64,000 nucleotides of DNA from Candidatus Thalassarchaeum betae (GCA_003193925.1 PSPG01000004.1:110863-174862); one strand, 5' to 3'; shown: positions 9,976-20,721, numbered from the stretch's first letter. The notes: generated from the sequence alone by a model not told the origin. Made by a program: numbers and translations.

Positions 9976-10069
9976 GGAGGGTCTTGAAAATCCCGGTTCA
10001 AGAGGTTGTCTCGGTAGAAAGGCATCATTCCTAGGCCGATTTGATGTATCATCGGCCTCTGCGAGGTCC

Positions 10070-10348
10070 ATGCGCAAGCTGCGAATCGCAATCGGATGGG
10101 TGCTCGCAGTGGTGCTGATCGGGCTCTCTGCCAACAGCTTTGCATCAGAGGGTGATCTGACGACTGAGGCATGGGGTTTCCTGCTTCTGACGCCGCTCGC
10201 GCTGGCGATAGCGCTCAGTCCTACGGCTCCATGGGAGAACGATGCTACCGAGAGCGCTGAGCCCTGGGACGATGAGGATGAGAGTGAGAGCGGGGCGAAG
10301 GACGTGCCTGACCCTATCGAGGCTGGCTTCGACGTGCCGGTCCTGTAA
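10070..10348 (+). CDS. Small membrane protein with acidic tail
   Basis: Two hydrophobic segments, tail DPIEAGFDVPVL; TTGAT box 24 nt upstream. Confidence 0.6.
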   Translation: MRKLRIAIGWVLAVVLIGLSANSFASEGDLTTEAWGFLLLTPLALAIALSPTAPWENDATESAEPWDDEDESESGAKDVPDPIEAGFDVPVL

Positions 10349-12265
10349 TCAGGACAACCGCAGGGTCTCTAGGTTCGCGGGTGCGTAGGTCTGGACCCTG
10401 AACTTCTCCCTCAGACCCTGTCGGAAGGCGTTGCAGGTTTGGGGATCTCCGTGGTGGCAGATTATCTTCCTCGGAGTCGGGTTCAGAGCGTCGACGTAGT
10501 CGAATAACTGGTTCCTGTCGGAGTGGCCGCTGAACCCGTCAATGGTGACCATGTTGCACCTGATGTCGATCATCAGCGTCTGACCCTTGTCCATGATCGG
10601 GACCTGTGCGTGACCCTGCTGCAAGCGCCTGCCTAGGGTTCCGGATGCCTGATAGCCGACGAAGCACAGGGTGTTGCCCGGTTCGGGCGCCCAGTGTTTG
10701 AAATACTCAACGATAGGGCCGCCCGTCATCATTCCGCTGGTCGCGAGGACGATGGACGGGTTGGGATCGAGGAGGAGGGAGTCGCGCTGCTCCCTCGAGT
10801 CAACCTGCTTGAACCACGAAGAATTGAACGGATTCTCGGCCCCCCCCTTGAGCATCTGCCTGCGAAGATCACGATTCAGGAAATTCGGGTGGCTCGTGTG
10901 AATCGCGGTGGCTTCGGATATCATCCCGTCCAGCCAGACGGTGACAGGCTTCACTTTGCCCGACTTGAACAACTGGTCGATTGCTATCATTACCTCCTGT
11001 GAGCGGCCCACTGCGAAGACAGGGCAGAATATCTTGCCACCCCGGCCGACTGCATCCTGAATCAGGTCATGCAGCTCGTGGGTCGCCTGCTGCCTAGTGG
11101 GCTGCACGTCCTGGGGTCCGCCGTATGTCGACTCTATCACGAGCGTCTCGACCTTGGGGAACCTCACAGTTGCAGCGTCGAACAGCCACGATTTCTCGTA
11201 CTTGATGTCACCGGAGAAGAGCAGCTTGTGCTCGCCCTTGCCCTCGCCTATCTGCATGTAAACGCTGGATGAACCGAGGATGTGCCCGGCGTTCTCCATG
11301 GTCATCTTGATGTCAGGGGCTATGTCTGTCTTGTCACCCCAGTTGACATCGATGACGTGCTTGATGCACTCCTGGATGTCGGCCTTGGAGTAGGGTGCCT
11401 CGTTGCCCTCTGCCTGTGCGACCTTGATGTAGTCTATCTGCAGGAGTGTCATCAGGTCCCTAGTCGGAGGGGTGCAGTACACCGGACCCGTGTAGCCATA
11501 CTTGAACAGGACCGGGAGCATCCCAATGTGGTCGATGTGGGCATGGGTGATCACAACCGCGTCGAGATTCTCGAGCGGTAGCAACTCTGGCGCGGCGAAG
11601 AAGGGCTCGACCTCGCTACGATTGGTAGTGGGCTTGGCGCCGCAGTCGACCAGCACCTTGGACTCGTTCGTGGTCACCAGGTGCATGGACCTGCCAACTT
11701 CACGATAGGAGCCTAGAGCAGTGACTCGTACCCAAGGCTCGCCGAGTCGCTGGGTGCGGTATATCCGAGTCCCGAACTTCCTGAGCAGGGACTTCCTCTC
11801 GTCAGCCAGCTCCTTGCGATAGCGTCGGATGTCATGCTGGGTTCGGCTCCCTATAGCTGGAGCCCTGACGACATCGACCAACCAGCCTATCTGGTCCCTC
11901 AGGGCACGCACGTTAGAGCCCTTGGGGCCGACGGCAGAAGATGGATCGTCACACTCGAGTACAACTTGACTGAGAGCTGGGTCGAGCCAAATTTTGCGGA
12001 CTTCTGCCTCGGCCGGAATCATCTGAGCGACAGCGTCGTGCACGGCCTTCTCGTCAGCTAGGATTTCACTGTGGGGCCTGATTACGACGCGTCGCTTGAT
12101 TGTCTTGGCTATTCTCACGGTAAGATTGTTCCCTGAGCCTCCGAAGGCTGCGGGCTGCTTCGTCACGATGGCGATCGAACCCGCCTCGACATCGACCTCG
12201 TAGTCGACGTCGTCTGGTATCATCTTGGAGATCTTCTTCTTCAGCTCACTGAGCGTCAGGCGCAT
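10349..12265 (-). CDS. fttA: KH-domain beta-CASP ribonuclease aCPSF1 (transcription termination factor FttA)
   Basis: Two N-terminal KH-like domains, THAHIDH, AGHILGS, IESTYGG, GFSGHSD; adjacent to proteasome beta. Confidence 0.95.
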   Translation of the reverse strand: MRLTLSELKKKISKMIPDDVDYEVDVEAGSIAIVTKQPAAFGGSGNNLTVRIAKTIKRRVVIRPHSEILADEKAVHDAVAQMIPAEAEVRKIWLDPALSQVVLECDDPSSAVGPKGSNVRALRDQIGWLVDVVRAPAIGSRTQHDIRRYRKELADERKSLLRKFGTRIYRTQRLGEPWVRVTALGSYREVGRSMHLVTTNESKVLVDCGAKPTTNRSEVEPFFAAPELLPLENLDAVVITHAHIDHIGMLPVLFKYGYTGPVYCTPPTRDLMTLLQIDYIKVAQAEGNEAPYSKADIQECIKHVIDVNWGDKTDIAPDIKMTMENAGHILGSSSVYMQIGEGKGEHKLLFSGDIKYEKSWLFDAATVRFPKVETLVIESTYGGPQDVQPTRQQATHELHDLIQDAVGRGGKIFCPVFAVGRSQEVMIAIDQLFKSGKVKPVTVWLDGMISEATAIHTSHPNFLNRDLRRQMLKGGAENPFNSSWFKQVDSREQRDSLLLDPNPSIVLATSGMMTGGPIVEYFKHWAPEPGNTLCFVGYQASGTLGRRLQQGHAQVPIMDKGQTLMIDIRCNMVTIDGFSGHSDRNQLFDYVDALNPTPRKIICHHGDPQTCNAFRQGLREKFRVQTYAPANLETLRLS

Positions 12266-12343
12266 TCATTCACTTCCCTAGTAAACTCACGGCAGTACTT
12301 GTCTCCCCGAGAATGGGGGGCTGGCACTTGGCCGGGAGTGGAA

Positions 12344-12970
12344 TCAGATTCCGGATAAGAGGGCAGAGACCTCGTCTTCGGAGAGCAGGCAGAACCCGTC
12401 GCCGCTTGTGATGACGGCTAGGTCCATGCCATTGCCGCTCGCAGAGTCGCGCTGAGCGGATGCGAGCAGGGCCTTCGCTGCGACCTTGAGGGCCTCATCC
12501 CGGGACATTCCCTCGGAGAACTGGTCCTCAAGGACGCCGTACATGAAGGGGCTTCCCGAGCCAGTGGCGCAGTATATGTCTGGAATCGAGCCGCCGGCGG
12601 AGTCAATGCTGTACACGCTAGGCCCGGAGTCGTCGACTCCGACAATCAGGATCTGGACGTAGTGGGCGCGACCGGCAAGGATGTTAGCAGTCAGTGTAGC
12701 AGCCCCCTTGACAGTCATCGAAGTGCCGTGCTTGAGCTCGTAAAGGCGCAACTCGGCGACGAGTGTCCGCGAGAGTGACTGAGCGTGACCGACGAGGCCG
12801 GCGGTAGTCAGAGCGATCGAGTTGGAGATGCGAAACAGTTTCTGAACGCGCTTGTTGACGATGAAGTGGCCCATGGTGGCCCTGTGGTCGGCGCCAACTA
12901 CGACTCCGCCATCGAAAGTGAGGCCTAAGGTGCTGGTGCCCGTCCTCACTACATCTGCGGTCTCGTTCAT
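12344..12970 (-). CDS. psmB: Proteasome beta subunit
   Basis: Propeptide then TG/TSTLG, ADHRAT, ATGSGS, RDSASGN. Confidence 0.95.
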   Translation of the reverse strand: MNETADVVRTGTSTLGLTFDGGVVVGADHRATMGHFIVNKRVQKLFRISNSIALTTAGLVGHAQSLSRTLVAELRLYELKHGTSMTVKGAATLTANILAGRAHYVQILIVGVDDSGPSVYSIDSAGGSIPDIYCATGSGSPFMYGVLEDQFSEGMSRDEALKVAAKALLASAQRDSASGNGMDLAVITSGDGFCLLSEDEVSALLSGI

Positions 12971-13135
12971 CGAAGTCACCTGCTGCGGCGAAGTCCCCAG
13001 CGAACCCGACTCGATTCGGGCCCCTTATCAATGCGACGGGGAAGGAGGCTGGATTATCATTCAAAGCGCCGCAAACCACTTTTCCTCGCCAGTGCGGACC
13101 GCAGAAGTCAAGGCACGTGGTTCAGGCGATTGGGC

Positions 13136-13549
13136 GTGGCCAAGGATGAGGACAGAGGCCCACGCTGGATAGAGATGCCCAGCGTGCCTGAGGATACCGG
13201 CACGGCCGTGGAGCCGGGACAGGACTACCACGACCTGGGCGTTCGGTACCCCGATGCACCCGTCTCGCGAGGCGTGGGCGACGCGATAGTCCACCGTGCC
13301 GTGCTTGACGATATCACCGGGGTTCCCATGGTGATGGACTGGGTCTCCGACGGGGATCTCGTGATCGTCGAGATGAGCAGGCTCCTAAGCAGGGAGCTCG
13401 AGCTACAGACCGCGGTCGAGAGGATAAGGTGCTTCGTCGAGGACGACTTGTCAGGCGAGGTTGTCAGGCTGGGGGACTCGAGGCTGCTTCTGCTACCTGT
13501 GAACTTCAAGAGCACACGCAAGTCCGAGGACCGTCCCCTGTACCTCTGA
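13136..13549 (+). CDS. sepF: SepF-like cell division protein
   Basis: GDLVIVEM...AVERIR..V....GEVVRLGDSRLLLLP fits the archaeal SepF core; start uncertain. Confidence 0.65.
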   Translation: MAKDEDRGPRWIEMPSVPEDTGTAVEPGQDYHDLGVRYPDAPVSRGVGDAIVHRAVLDDITGVPMVMDWVSDGDLVIVEMSRLLSRELELQTAVERIRCFVEDDLSGEVVRLGDSRLLLLPVNFKSTRKSEDRPLYL

Positions 13550-13558
13550 GGTGGCTCG

Positions 13559-14158
13559 ATGGAAAGCACGATCGAGCAGCCCTGCCCGGTTTGCTCCTCA
13601 GACGCTGGTCTGACGATGATCGCGCGCACATCTGAGATTCCGTATTTCGGGGAGCATACCCAACTCACCATACTGTGCGACGCGTGTGGGTGGAAGCACA
13701 CCGACTTCATCCCGGCAGAGGGCACGAAGCCGGGAGCCTGCACGATGCTCATCGACTCGCCCGGGCACATGACTGCTAGAGTCGTGCGCTCCCCCTCGTG
13801 CACTGTCAGGCTGGTGGAACTTGACCTCGAGGTCAAACCGGGTGTCAGCTCCACCGGGTATATCTCTAACGTCGAGGGCGTGTTCAACAGGTTCGAAGAT
13901 GCCATCAGCATGCTCCAGAGGCAGGCCATGAGCGAGCACGAAGGCAGTCAGGCGGCCGCTGAATGCGCCGCTCTACTAAATGAGATGGCTCGCATCAAAG
14001 CCGGGCAATCGAGTGTCGAGCTCGTCCTGCTAGACCCCATGGGGCACAGCCAGATACTGCATGAGGATGCGGTCTCCCGCGAGTTGAGAGAGGAGGAGAT
14101 GGAAGTCCTGTCAACCGGGCCTTCGGTTCCAGTATTCGACGCTGGAGACCTAGCCTAG
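13559..14158 (+). CDS. ZPR1-family zinc finger protein
   Basis: CPVC...IPYFGE...CDACG, VVRS, GYISNVEG, DPMGHS. Confidence 0.93.
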   Translation: MESTIEQPCPVCSSDAGLTMIARTSEIPYFGEHTQLTILCDACGWKHTDFIPAEGTKPGACTMLIDSPGHMTARVVRSPSCTVRLVELDLEVKPGVSSTGYISNVEGVFNRFEDAISMLQRQAMSEHEGSQAAAECAALLNEMARIKAGQSSVELVLLDPMGHSQILHEDAVSRELREEEMEVLSTGPSVPVFDAGDLA

Positions 14159-15534
14159 ACTGCGTCGGGAGCTAGGAACTCGTCCAGCCTGTCCGCCCAC
14201 ATCTCCCTGCGCTCAGCCAGCTCGGTCAGCCACTCGGCGGCACTGTCGATGCAGACCTGCTTGATCTCACCCGCGAGCATCCTGCCACTCTCGTACTCGC
14301 TCCTGATCTCGGCTAGAGTGCCGTCATCGGACTCGAAGAAGAACTGCAGATACTGGAAAGCGACGTCCTTGGAGCAGTCCCCACCGAGCCTGCGGTGCTC
14401 CTCTGTGGTGGGCTGACCGCCGCTTAACGACCTCTGTACCTTCCTCTCCATGTCCTCGATGCTCTCGTCCATGAAGATGGTAGTCTCGGGTTGCGAGGAC
14501 GACATTTTGTCGCCGGTCATCCCGACTGCGAAACGGTGGTAGGTCGAGCATGGCGGCATCAGGCCCATTCCGCCCATCTCGCGCTCCAGCGTGAGCATGC
14601 GCATGCGCACGCGGGCGCGATCATCAAGCGCGGCACCAGGGATGTCCAACGTGCCGTACTTGGGGTTGGAGATGATGTCAGCGTATCCGAGAGGGGCGAG
14701 GGCCTGTGCCATGCGCTCGAAGACCGAATCCCGGACTGCTGAGTCGACTTGGCCTCCGGAGACTCCGAGAGCCGTCTGATTGTCCTCCTGGACGGACAAT
14801 GAGACGGTCAGACCACCTTCCGTTCGCTGCTTGACGTTGAACCAGTGTGTCTTGCCGGCTATCCCTCTAGTGAGCCTGAGGTGCGGGTCCTGGTCGATGC
14901 CGACCGGGACCACTATCGGGCGGAGCCCGCCGTAGTCGTCGAGCTGGGGATGAATGATATCACCGACTTGTACCAGCGGTGCCTGCACGTGCGCGAGGTT
15001 GGTCCCACCGCTGAATCCGTAGATGGCCTCGAACTCTGAGAGGTTGGTCCTCCTACCGAGTGTGAATGCGAGCCTCTGCACCGCTGGCCGGGAGCTCTGG
15101 AAGTAGACGTTGGTGACATCGGGGTCGAGGCCGAGAGCAGCGTAGTTGTGGACATACTCGTTGATGGCCGTATCCCGTCCGTCCTTCAGCGAGGTGCCCC
15201 TGGTAGCGAGCGCCTCCAAGTCGGCCACTGTGACAGTGATGTCGGCCCCTTGCTCCTGAAACCACCTGACTTGGTCGATCACCATCGAGTGGCCGAGGTG
15301 CATCCTGCCGCTGGGCATCAGACCAGTCAGTACCCCGAAGGGTTCGCTCCTCTGCATGCAGCCGAGCACGACATCGAGGTCGCGGTGGGCGAAAACGATG
15401 CCTCGGCGATGCAGCATCCCGGGATTGGGCAGCACCGAGGGGTCAACTGTGCCGAGTCCGAACTGCTCGATTAACCTCGCATAGTCATGCGTCTGGTCGG
15501 ACGACCAGGGGTCGATGCGTTCGCCACCCGCCAC
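14155..15534 (-). CDS. trpS: Tryptophanyl-tRNA synthetase
   Basis: TGLMPSGRMHLGH, VPVGIDQDPH, KMSSS. Confidence 0.95.
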   Translation of the reverse strand: MAGGERIDPWSSDQTHDYARLIEQFGLGTVDPSVLPNPGMLHRRGIVFAHRDLDVVLGCMQRSEPFGVLTGLMPSGRMHLGHSMVIDQVRWFQEQGADITVTVADLEALATRGTSLKDGRDTAINEYVHNYAALGLDPDVTNVYFQSSRPAVQRLAFTLGRRTNLSEFEAIYGFSGGTNLAHVQAPLVQVGDIIHPQLDDYGGLRPIVVPVGIDQDPHLRLTRGIAGKTHWFNVKQRTEGGLTVSLSVQEDNQTALGVSGGQVDSAVRDSVFERMAQALAPLGYADIISNPKYGTLDIPGAALDDRARVRMRMLTLEREMGGMGLMPPCSTYHRFAVGMTGDKMSSSQPETTIFMDESIEDMERKVQRSLSGGQPTTEEHRRLGGDCSKDVAFQYLQFFFESDDGTLAEIRSEYESGRMLAGEIKQVCIDSAAEWLTELAERREMWADRLDEFLAPDAV

Positions 15535-15632
15535 GGTTCGTGGCCTGCAATACCCTCAATCAAGGCATCGCCCCTCGAAGGTGCCAGGTGGCGAACCGTT
15601 AGACCGAAGACCTCAGCCGTCTTCGCAGCCCC

Positions 15633-16694
15633 GTGGCATCGATTCACTGCCTCGGGGCCGGCCTCGTCGGATCCTATGTCGCATGCAGGCTCGCCGACAG
15701 GGGGCACGAAGTCCACGTTCACGACATGAACCCCCAATCGAGCGTCGTCGTCCACAAGGACATCACTATCCACCACGGCGATGCGCTCGATCACTGCGGG
15801 GAATTGTACGAGTTCGGGCAGGTCGACATCGTCGTCAACATGCTGCCCGGTGAGATAGGGAAAATCGCAATGAACACCCTCAACGAGCAGCGCTACCGGA
15901 CGGTTGACCTCAGTTTCAGCGACGACACCCCCGACCGCCATGACGAGAAGGCCAGGGACTGGGGTGCGAGTATCCTGTGGGACGTCGGGATAGCACCCGG
16001 CCTGTCGAACATGCTACTGGCCGAGGCCTATCGCAAACTCGGCCCCTTAGCCAAGGGCGAGGTCAGGGTCGGGGGCAATCCGACCGGGCCGACGCAGGGC
16101 TGGAACTACATGGCCCCGTTCTCGCCCAAGGATGTCATAGCAGAGTACACGAGGCCGGCGAGAGTCATCAGGGACTCCGAGGAAGTTGTCCTTCCGCCGC
16201 TGTCTGAGCGTCACATGATCGAAGTCCCCGAGCACGGCCAGATGGAGGCCTTCCTGACCGATGGGCTGCGCAGCGTGCTAAGCTCGATCCCCGCGGTCGA
16301 GATGTCGGAGTACACCATCCGCTGGCCTGGGCACATACAGAAGTTCATCGACCAGAGGGACGCGGGGACCCTCGATGAGAATGAACTGCTCCACCACTGG
16401 TGGTACGACCACAAGACACCTGAGTTTACCTGGATGGAAGTCCGAGCCGAGGGTCACGATGGTTCTGAGATGGTTTGGAGGGTTGCTGACTACGGCGGTG
16501 ATGATGGCTCGTCGATGGCACGCAGCACCGGCATGGTGACCGTGTGCTGCGTCGAGGAGTGGCTGGCCGACCCCGACATGCTTCCACTCGGAGTGCACGC
16601 GCCCGAGACCCTAGCTCCCGAGGTGGTCGGGCGCATCATCGATACCATGCGCTCGGAGGGAGTGAGAATAGAGGGGCCCGAGATAGGTTCCTGA
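15633..16694 (+). CDS. Saccharopine dehydrogenase / lysine 6-dehydrogenase family protein
   Basis: GAGLVG, DVGIAPGLSN, EYTRPA, EAFLTDGLRS, TIRWPGH. Confidence 0.85.
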   Translation: MASIHCLGAGLVGSYVACRLADRGHEVHVHDMNPQSSVVVHKDITIHHGDALDHCGELYEFGQVDIVVNMLPGEIGKIAMNTLNEQRYRTVDLSFSDDTPDRHDEKARDWGASILWDVGIAPGLSNMLLAEAYRKLGPLAKGEVRVGGNPTGPTQGWNYMAPFSPKDVIAEYTRPARVIRDSEEVVLPPLSERHMIEVPEHGQMEAFLTDGLRSVLSSIPAVEMSEYTIRWPGHIQKFIDQRDAGTLDENELLHHWWYDHKTPEFTWMEVRAEGHDGSEMVWRVADYGGDDGSSMARSTGMVTVCCVEEWLADPDMLPLGVHAPETLAPEVVGRIIDTMRSEGVRIEGPEIGS

Positions 16695-17813
16695 CTACCT
16701 CTCCTCGGCATCCCTCATCGTCCGGTCGCGATTGACCAGCCACCTGATAGTCACTGGGGTTGCCACCAAGACGCAGATTGCGATTACCGGCAGCGCCCAA
16801 TTCATCTCGATCTCCGCCGGTCGCTCGATGAGCCATGTGAACACGAGATCGGAATCGTGGAAGTCGGAGGACCAGTGGAACAGGTTGGTAGTGTGGTGAC
16901 CGACGACGGTGATGGCGTGATGCAGTCCGTTGAAGGTCGTCAGAGGCTGAATATCCAAGCGAGTGGGCTCGGATTCGAAGCTCACCTTCGCGGTATTGCC
17001 GGCGGACAAGGTCAGCAATATCCCACCCTCCACCGAACGCCAGCCTTCGCGTAGCACCTTGTCGGAGGCATTAAGCTCAGGAAACGGAGTGTCGTCGAAG
17101 CGCGTCACAGAGGTGATCGGAGAGTCGCTCTGGATGTCGATGCTGCCGGGGACGAGCCAATCCCCGGAGACTGGTAAGGCGAGTTCGACGGAAAGCATCC
17201 CGCCCTCATGAGTGGTCGTGAATCTGGAGTTGGCCTCCGCGTGCTTGACCCACTCGCCCCAGGTGGTGAACCACACATCCTGCTGCTCTAGCCAAGATAT
17301 GACGTCCTTGTCTTCTCTGAGCTTGAGGTCTTCGACCCTGGCTTTCCAGTAGATGCTGACTAGGCTGTCCTCCTCGGCCGACTCCAAGAGGTATTGGTCC
17401 GCTATGCCCAGCTCGAGGCTGCCCCCGTTGCGGACCACGGAAGTCAGCCCCTCCGGCTGCTCTGTGAGCATGTCACCGACTATCTCGAAGCGGGCGCTGA
17501 TCAAAGCGGCGATTGTCGAGGCATCGAGTTGCTCTCCGGGCACCCCGAATGAGATTGGATGCGTCCCCCAGCGCGAGGCATTGGTGAATTCAGTCAGGTA
17601 GCTGGAACAGTCCTGAACGACCCAGTCCTCCTCGCGAATGTCGAGTCCTTCGTAGCCATGGCAGCCGAATTCGTCGCCGTGAGCCAGTCTCTCGGGGCCG
17701 ATGATGTTCCGCAGCCAGTTGTCATCTCCCCACTCCCCAACCACCGCTGGAGCAGTGGTGGGGATGGCCAGCAATGCGACCATGAGCAAGCCTGCGATGC
17801 ACCTTTTCCGCAC
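16695..17813 (-). CDS. Hypothetical secreted, C-terminally anchored protein
   Basis: Signal peptide (VRKRCIAGLLMVALLAIP), VWFTTWGE, C-terminal TM; start set by the upstream TTGAT box. Confidence 0.65.
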   Translation of the reverse strand: MRKRCIAGLLMVALLAIPTTAPAVVGEWGDDNWLRNIIGPERLAHGDEFGCHGYEGLDIREEDWVVQDCSSYLTEFTNASRWGTHPISFGVPGEQLDASTIAALISARFEIVGDMLTEQPEGLTSVVRNGGSLELGIADQYLLESAEEDSLVSIYWKARVEDLKLREDKDVISWLEQQDVWFTTWGEWVKHAEANSRFTTTHEGGMLSVELALPVSGDWLVPGSIDIQSDSPITSVTRFDDTPFPELNASDKVLREGWRSVEGGILLTLSAGNTAKVSFESEPTRLDIQPLTTFNGLHHAITVVGHHTTNLFHWSSDFHDSDLVFTWLIERPAEIEMNWALPVIAICVLVATPVTIRWLVNRDRTMRDAEER

Positions 17814-17895
17814 AATTACCGGTAATCGGAACTCACCATCAAGTCTTGCGTCAGCGCGGGAAACCATCAAGCGCGTGACCTCCGGCCCGGTAGCG

Positions 17896-18672
17896 ATGGC
17901 ATCGCTGTCCGAGGCTTCGCTCCAGTCCCTCTCTGGCGCTGTGGGCTTAGAGGGAACGGGCAGGCCATTCAAGACGCCGCTGCTTTACTACCTAGTCATA
18001 GGTGCCCTAGTCACCCCCATACGCAGCTTCACCGACGTCCGCTTCCATGGGCTTGGCAGAATCCCCAGCTCCGGTCCGGCCATCATCGTGTGCAACCACA
18101 TCTCAATATTCGACGGGATATTCAAGACACAGGCCGTCCGCAGGCCCGTCCACTATCTCTCGAAGAAGGAAAACTTCGTCAACCCATTTTTACGCTTCGT
18201 GATGACCAGCACCGGCCAGATCAAGACCTCCAGGCAGACGGGGGCCTCCGATGCTATGGCACGCGCAGTCGATGTCCTGGACGCCGGAATACCCATCGGA
18301 ATCTTTCCCGAGGGTACGCGGAGCCGCAAGACGGAGCCGCCCTACCTCCAGCGGGGCAAGACTGGTGCAGCCCGACTGGCAGCTCGCTTCCCTCACGTTC
18401 CGATAGTCCCAATGGTCATGATTGGCACAAGGGAGATGATGATACCGGAAAAGAAGCTAATCAAGCCATGGAAGAGGGTGGAAGTCAACATAGACGAGCC
18501 GATCACCTTCGCCCAGTGGGTCGCAGACCCGGAAGGCGGTGGCCTCTCCGACGATGATGTCGCCACGTTGATGCTGCTCGGCGAGGATGAGCGGAGAGAC
18601 AGGATGGGCGCGTTGTACCGCCGGTTCACCGACCAGTTGATGGAGACCCTGCGTCGGATGGGCGCGCCTTAG
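17896..18672 (+). CDS. plsC: Lysophospholipid acyltransferase (PlsC family)
   Basis: NHISIFD (HxxxxD), SKKE, IFPEGTRS, KTGAARLA. Confidence 0.85.
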   Translation: MASLSEASLQSLSGAVGLEGTGRPFKTPLLYYLVIGALVTPIRSFTDVRFHGLGRIPSSGPAIIVCNHISIFDGIFKTQAVRRPVHYLSKKENFVNPFLRFVMTSTGQIKTSRQTGASDAMARAVDVLDAGIPIGIFPEGTRSRKTEPPYLQRGKTGAARLAARFPHVPIVPMVMIGTREMMIPEKKLIKPWKRVEVNIDEPITFAQWVADPEGGGLSDDDVATLMLLGEDERRDRMGALYRRFTDQLMETLRRMGAP

Positions 18673-18725
18673 TGGAAACGTTGCCGCATTCTTGATGGAC
18701 TACCGACGCACAGGTCGGATAGCCT

Positions 18726-19520
18726 ATGCAGCAGTATCTCGATTTCCTGCGTCGCATCCTCAGTGAGGGAGAGGAGAAGGGCGACCGGACCGGTACTGGG
18801 ACAATCTCCGTTTTCGGCCACCAGATGCGCTTCGACCTCTCTGACGGCTTCCCTGCCGTGACCACGAAGAGGCTGCACTGGCCGAGTATCATACACGAGC
18901 TCCTGTGGTTCCTCTCGGGAGACACCAACGTGGGCTACCTACAGGACAACAAGGTCAGGATCTGGAACGAGTGGGCCGACGAGGAGGGTGATTTGGGACC
19001 CGTCTACGGTAAGCAGTGGCGCAAATGGGAGACCGACGATGGGGGGGTGGTCGACCAGATCGAGAACGCTATCGATCTGATCTGCAACGAGCCCGACAGC
19101 CGGCGCATCATCGTCTCCGCCTGGAACGTGGGCGAGCTCGACGAGATGGCGCTGATGCCGTGCCACGCCTTCTTCCAGTTCTACGTCAACGACGGCAGGC
19201 TGTCGTGCCAGCTCTACCAGAGGAGTGCCGACGCCTTCCTAGGCGTGCCGTTCAACATCTCCTCTTACAGCCTGCTGACCTGCCTGATGGCGCAGGTATG
19301 CGGCCTCGAGCCGGGCGAGTTCGTCTGGACCGGGGGCGACTGCCACCTCTACCTCAATCACCTCGAGCAGGCGAGGCTGCAGATCACACGAGTGCCTCTC
19401 GAACTGCCCAGACTCAGGCTCGACCCCATCGTGACCTCGATAGACGACTTCCGCTCCGAGCACATCGAGATCGAGGGCTACGACCACCATCCCCACATTT
19501 CTGCTCCGATTTCTGTCTGA
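18726..19520 (+). CDS. thyA: Thymidylate synthase (bacterial type)
   Basis: [36 protein letters not shown]. Confidence 0.98.
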   Translation: MQQYLDFLRRILSEGEEKGDRTGTGTISVFGHQMRFDLSDGFPAVTTKRLHWPSIIHELLWFLSGDTNVGYLQDNKVRIWNEWADEEGDLGPVYGKQWRKWETDDGGVVDQIENAIDLICNEPDSRRIIVSAWNVGELDEMALMPCHAFFQFYVNDGRLSCQLYQRSADAFLGVPFNISSYSLLTCLMAQVCGLEPGEFVWTGGDCHLYLNHLEQARLQITRVPLELPRLRLDPIVTSIDDFRSEHIEIEGYDHHPHISAPISV

Positions 19521-19529
19521 GGTGAGCAG

Positions 19530-20039
19530 GTGAGGATGGCGATGGTCGTTGCGATGGACGAGGAGGGTTTCATCGGCAGGGGCAATCGGCTTCCCTGGCG
19601 CCTAACCAGCGACATGGCCCGGTTCAAGCGGCTCACAGAAGGTGACGGCTTCAACTCGGTCATCATGGGAAGGAAGACCTGGGACTCCCTGTCCGAGGGG
19701 TACAGGCCACTGCCCGAGCGCGTCAACATCGTCATGTCGCGCGACACACAATGGCAGGCTGAGGGAGCTGAGACAGCCCTCTACGTCGGCCGCGCGATTG
19801 AGCTCGCCTTCGCCGAGGGCAGCGATGAGTGCTGGATCATCGGTGGGGCGCAGGTCTACGAGATGTTCCTCGACAGGGTGGATGAGATCCACGTGACCAC
19901 CGTGCACACCAGCGGCAGTGGCGAGGTGCGTTTCCCGGATTGGGATCGCAGCGGGTGGTCTGCGGAGGTCGTCGAGCGGCAGGAAGCAGACGGTGACAAC
20001 GAACACTCAACGACGTACTCGGTCTGGACCAAGTCCTGA
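19530..20039 (+). CDS. folA: Dihydrofolate reductase
   Basis: LPWRLTSDMARFK, VIMGRKTWDS, RPLPERVNIVMSR, IIGGAQVY. Confidence 0.96.
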   Translation: MRMAMVVAMDEEGFIGRGNRLPWRLTSDMARFKRLTEGDGFNSVIMGRKTWDSLSEGYRPLPERVNIVMSRDTQWQAEGAETALYVGRAIELAFAEGSDECWIIGGAQVYEMFLDRVDEIHVTTVHTSGSGEVRFPDWDRSGWSAEVVERQEADGDNEHSTTYSVWTKS

Positions 20040-20101
20040 ATCAGTCCCTACCAATGCAACTGACAGGAGTTGGAAGGGGGGGGCCTTTGAAACAGAATAT
20101 C

Positions 20102-20548
20102 TCATTGATGCTGCTTTTGATACAAATCAATCCACTCTTGAACAGACATCTTGGAGCACAACTCCCCCACCAATTCATAGGGAATATTGGACGTGTTTTT
20201 GAATCGAATGCAACTCTTACCCATGTCAAGTTTAGTCTTGCAGTGATTAGGATATTCCTGCGTGAACCATTCTAATAGAGCAGGACTAGCATAGATGCCC
20301 ATGTGGTAAAGCCCAATGTGTCGCCGCTGAGATGCAATACTCAGGAATGGTAGCGGCAATTCTGGGTCAACGTGATAACCTTCTGGGAATAGAGAATGAG
20401 GGACAACCCAACTTGGCATATTGTAGTTGATCATCTCTTCAAAGCCATCTGGCAAGTTCGAACGAATTGTGTCTCTCAGTTTCTCCATGGCTTCCTTCCT
20501 ATCTGCAGGTAGGGTGCTGAAATACTCTTCAAAGGCAGTCACAATCAT
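20102..20548 (-). CDS. DUF1801 (YdhG-like) protein
   Basis: LPDGFEEMINYNMP, YHVDP.LPLPF, KLDMGKSCIRFK; AT-richer codon use. Confidence 0.8.
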   Translation of the reverse strand: MIVTAFEEYFSTLPADRKEAMEKLRDTIRSNLPDGFEEMINYNMPSWVVPHSLFPEGYHVDPELPLPFLSIASQRRHIGLYHMGIYASPALLEWFTQEYPNHCKTKLDMGKSCIRFKNTSNIPYELVGELCSKMSVQEWIDLYQKQHQ

Positions 20549-20721
20549 TTCTAGAAGTCATAGGATATAATCCGTGAACTATCGACATTGGTCAGTTCAC
20601 AAGGGTTCATCCGAAAACCCATGCGAATGGAATTGCTGTCCGAATGGGCTTTGCGTGGGCCAGTCTAGACACTAGCGTATGACGCGTCCCTCCCCGCCGC
20701 GTACTGAATTATCTCGTGTGA

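Noticed and set aside
10349-12970. aCPSF1 adjacent to proteasome beta
   Set aside because: Well-known conserved archaeal gene pair
12975-13060. GCGGCGAAGTCCCC resembling the RNase P RNA P4 5' strand
   Set aside because: The gap is too short and no matching 3' P4 strand was seen
14570-14850. ~90-aa insertion in TrpRS
   Set aside because: Similar insertions at this position occur in other euryarchaeal TrpRS; not judged novel
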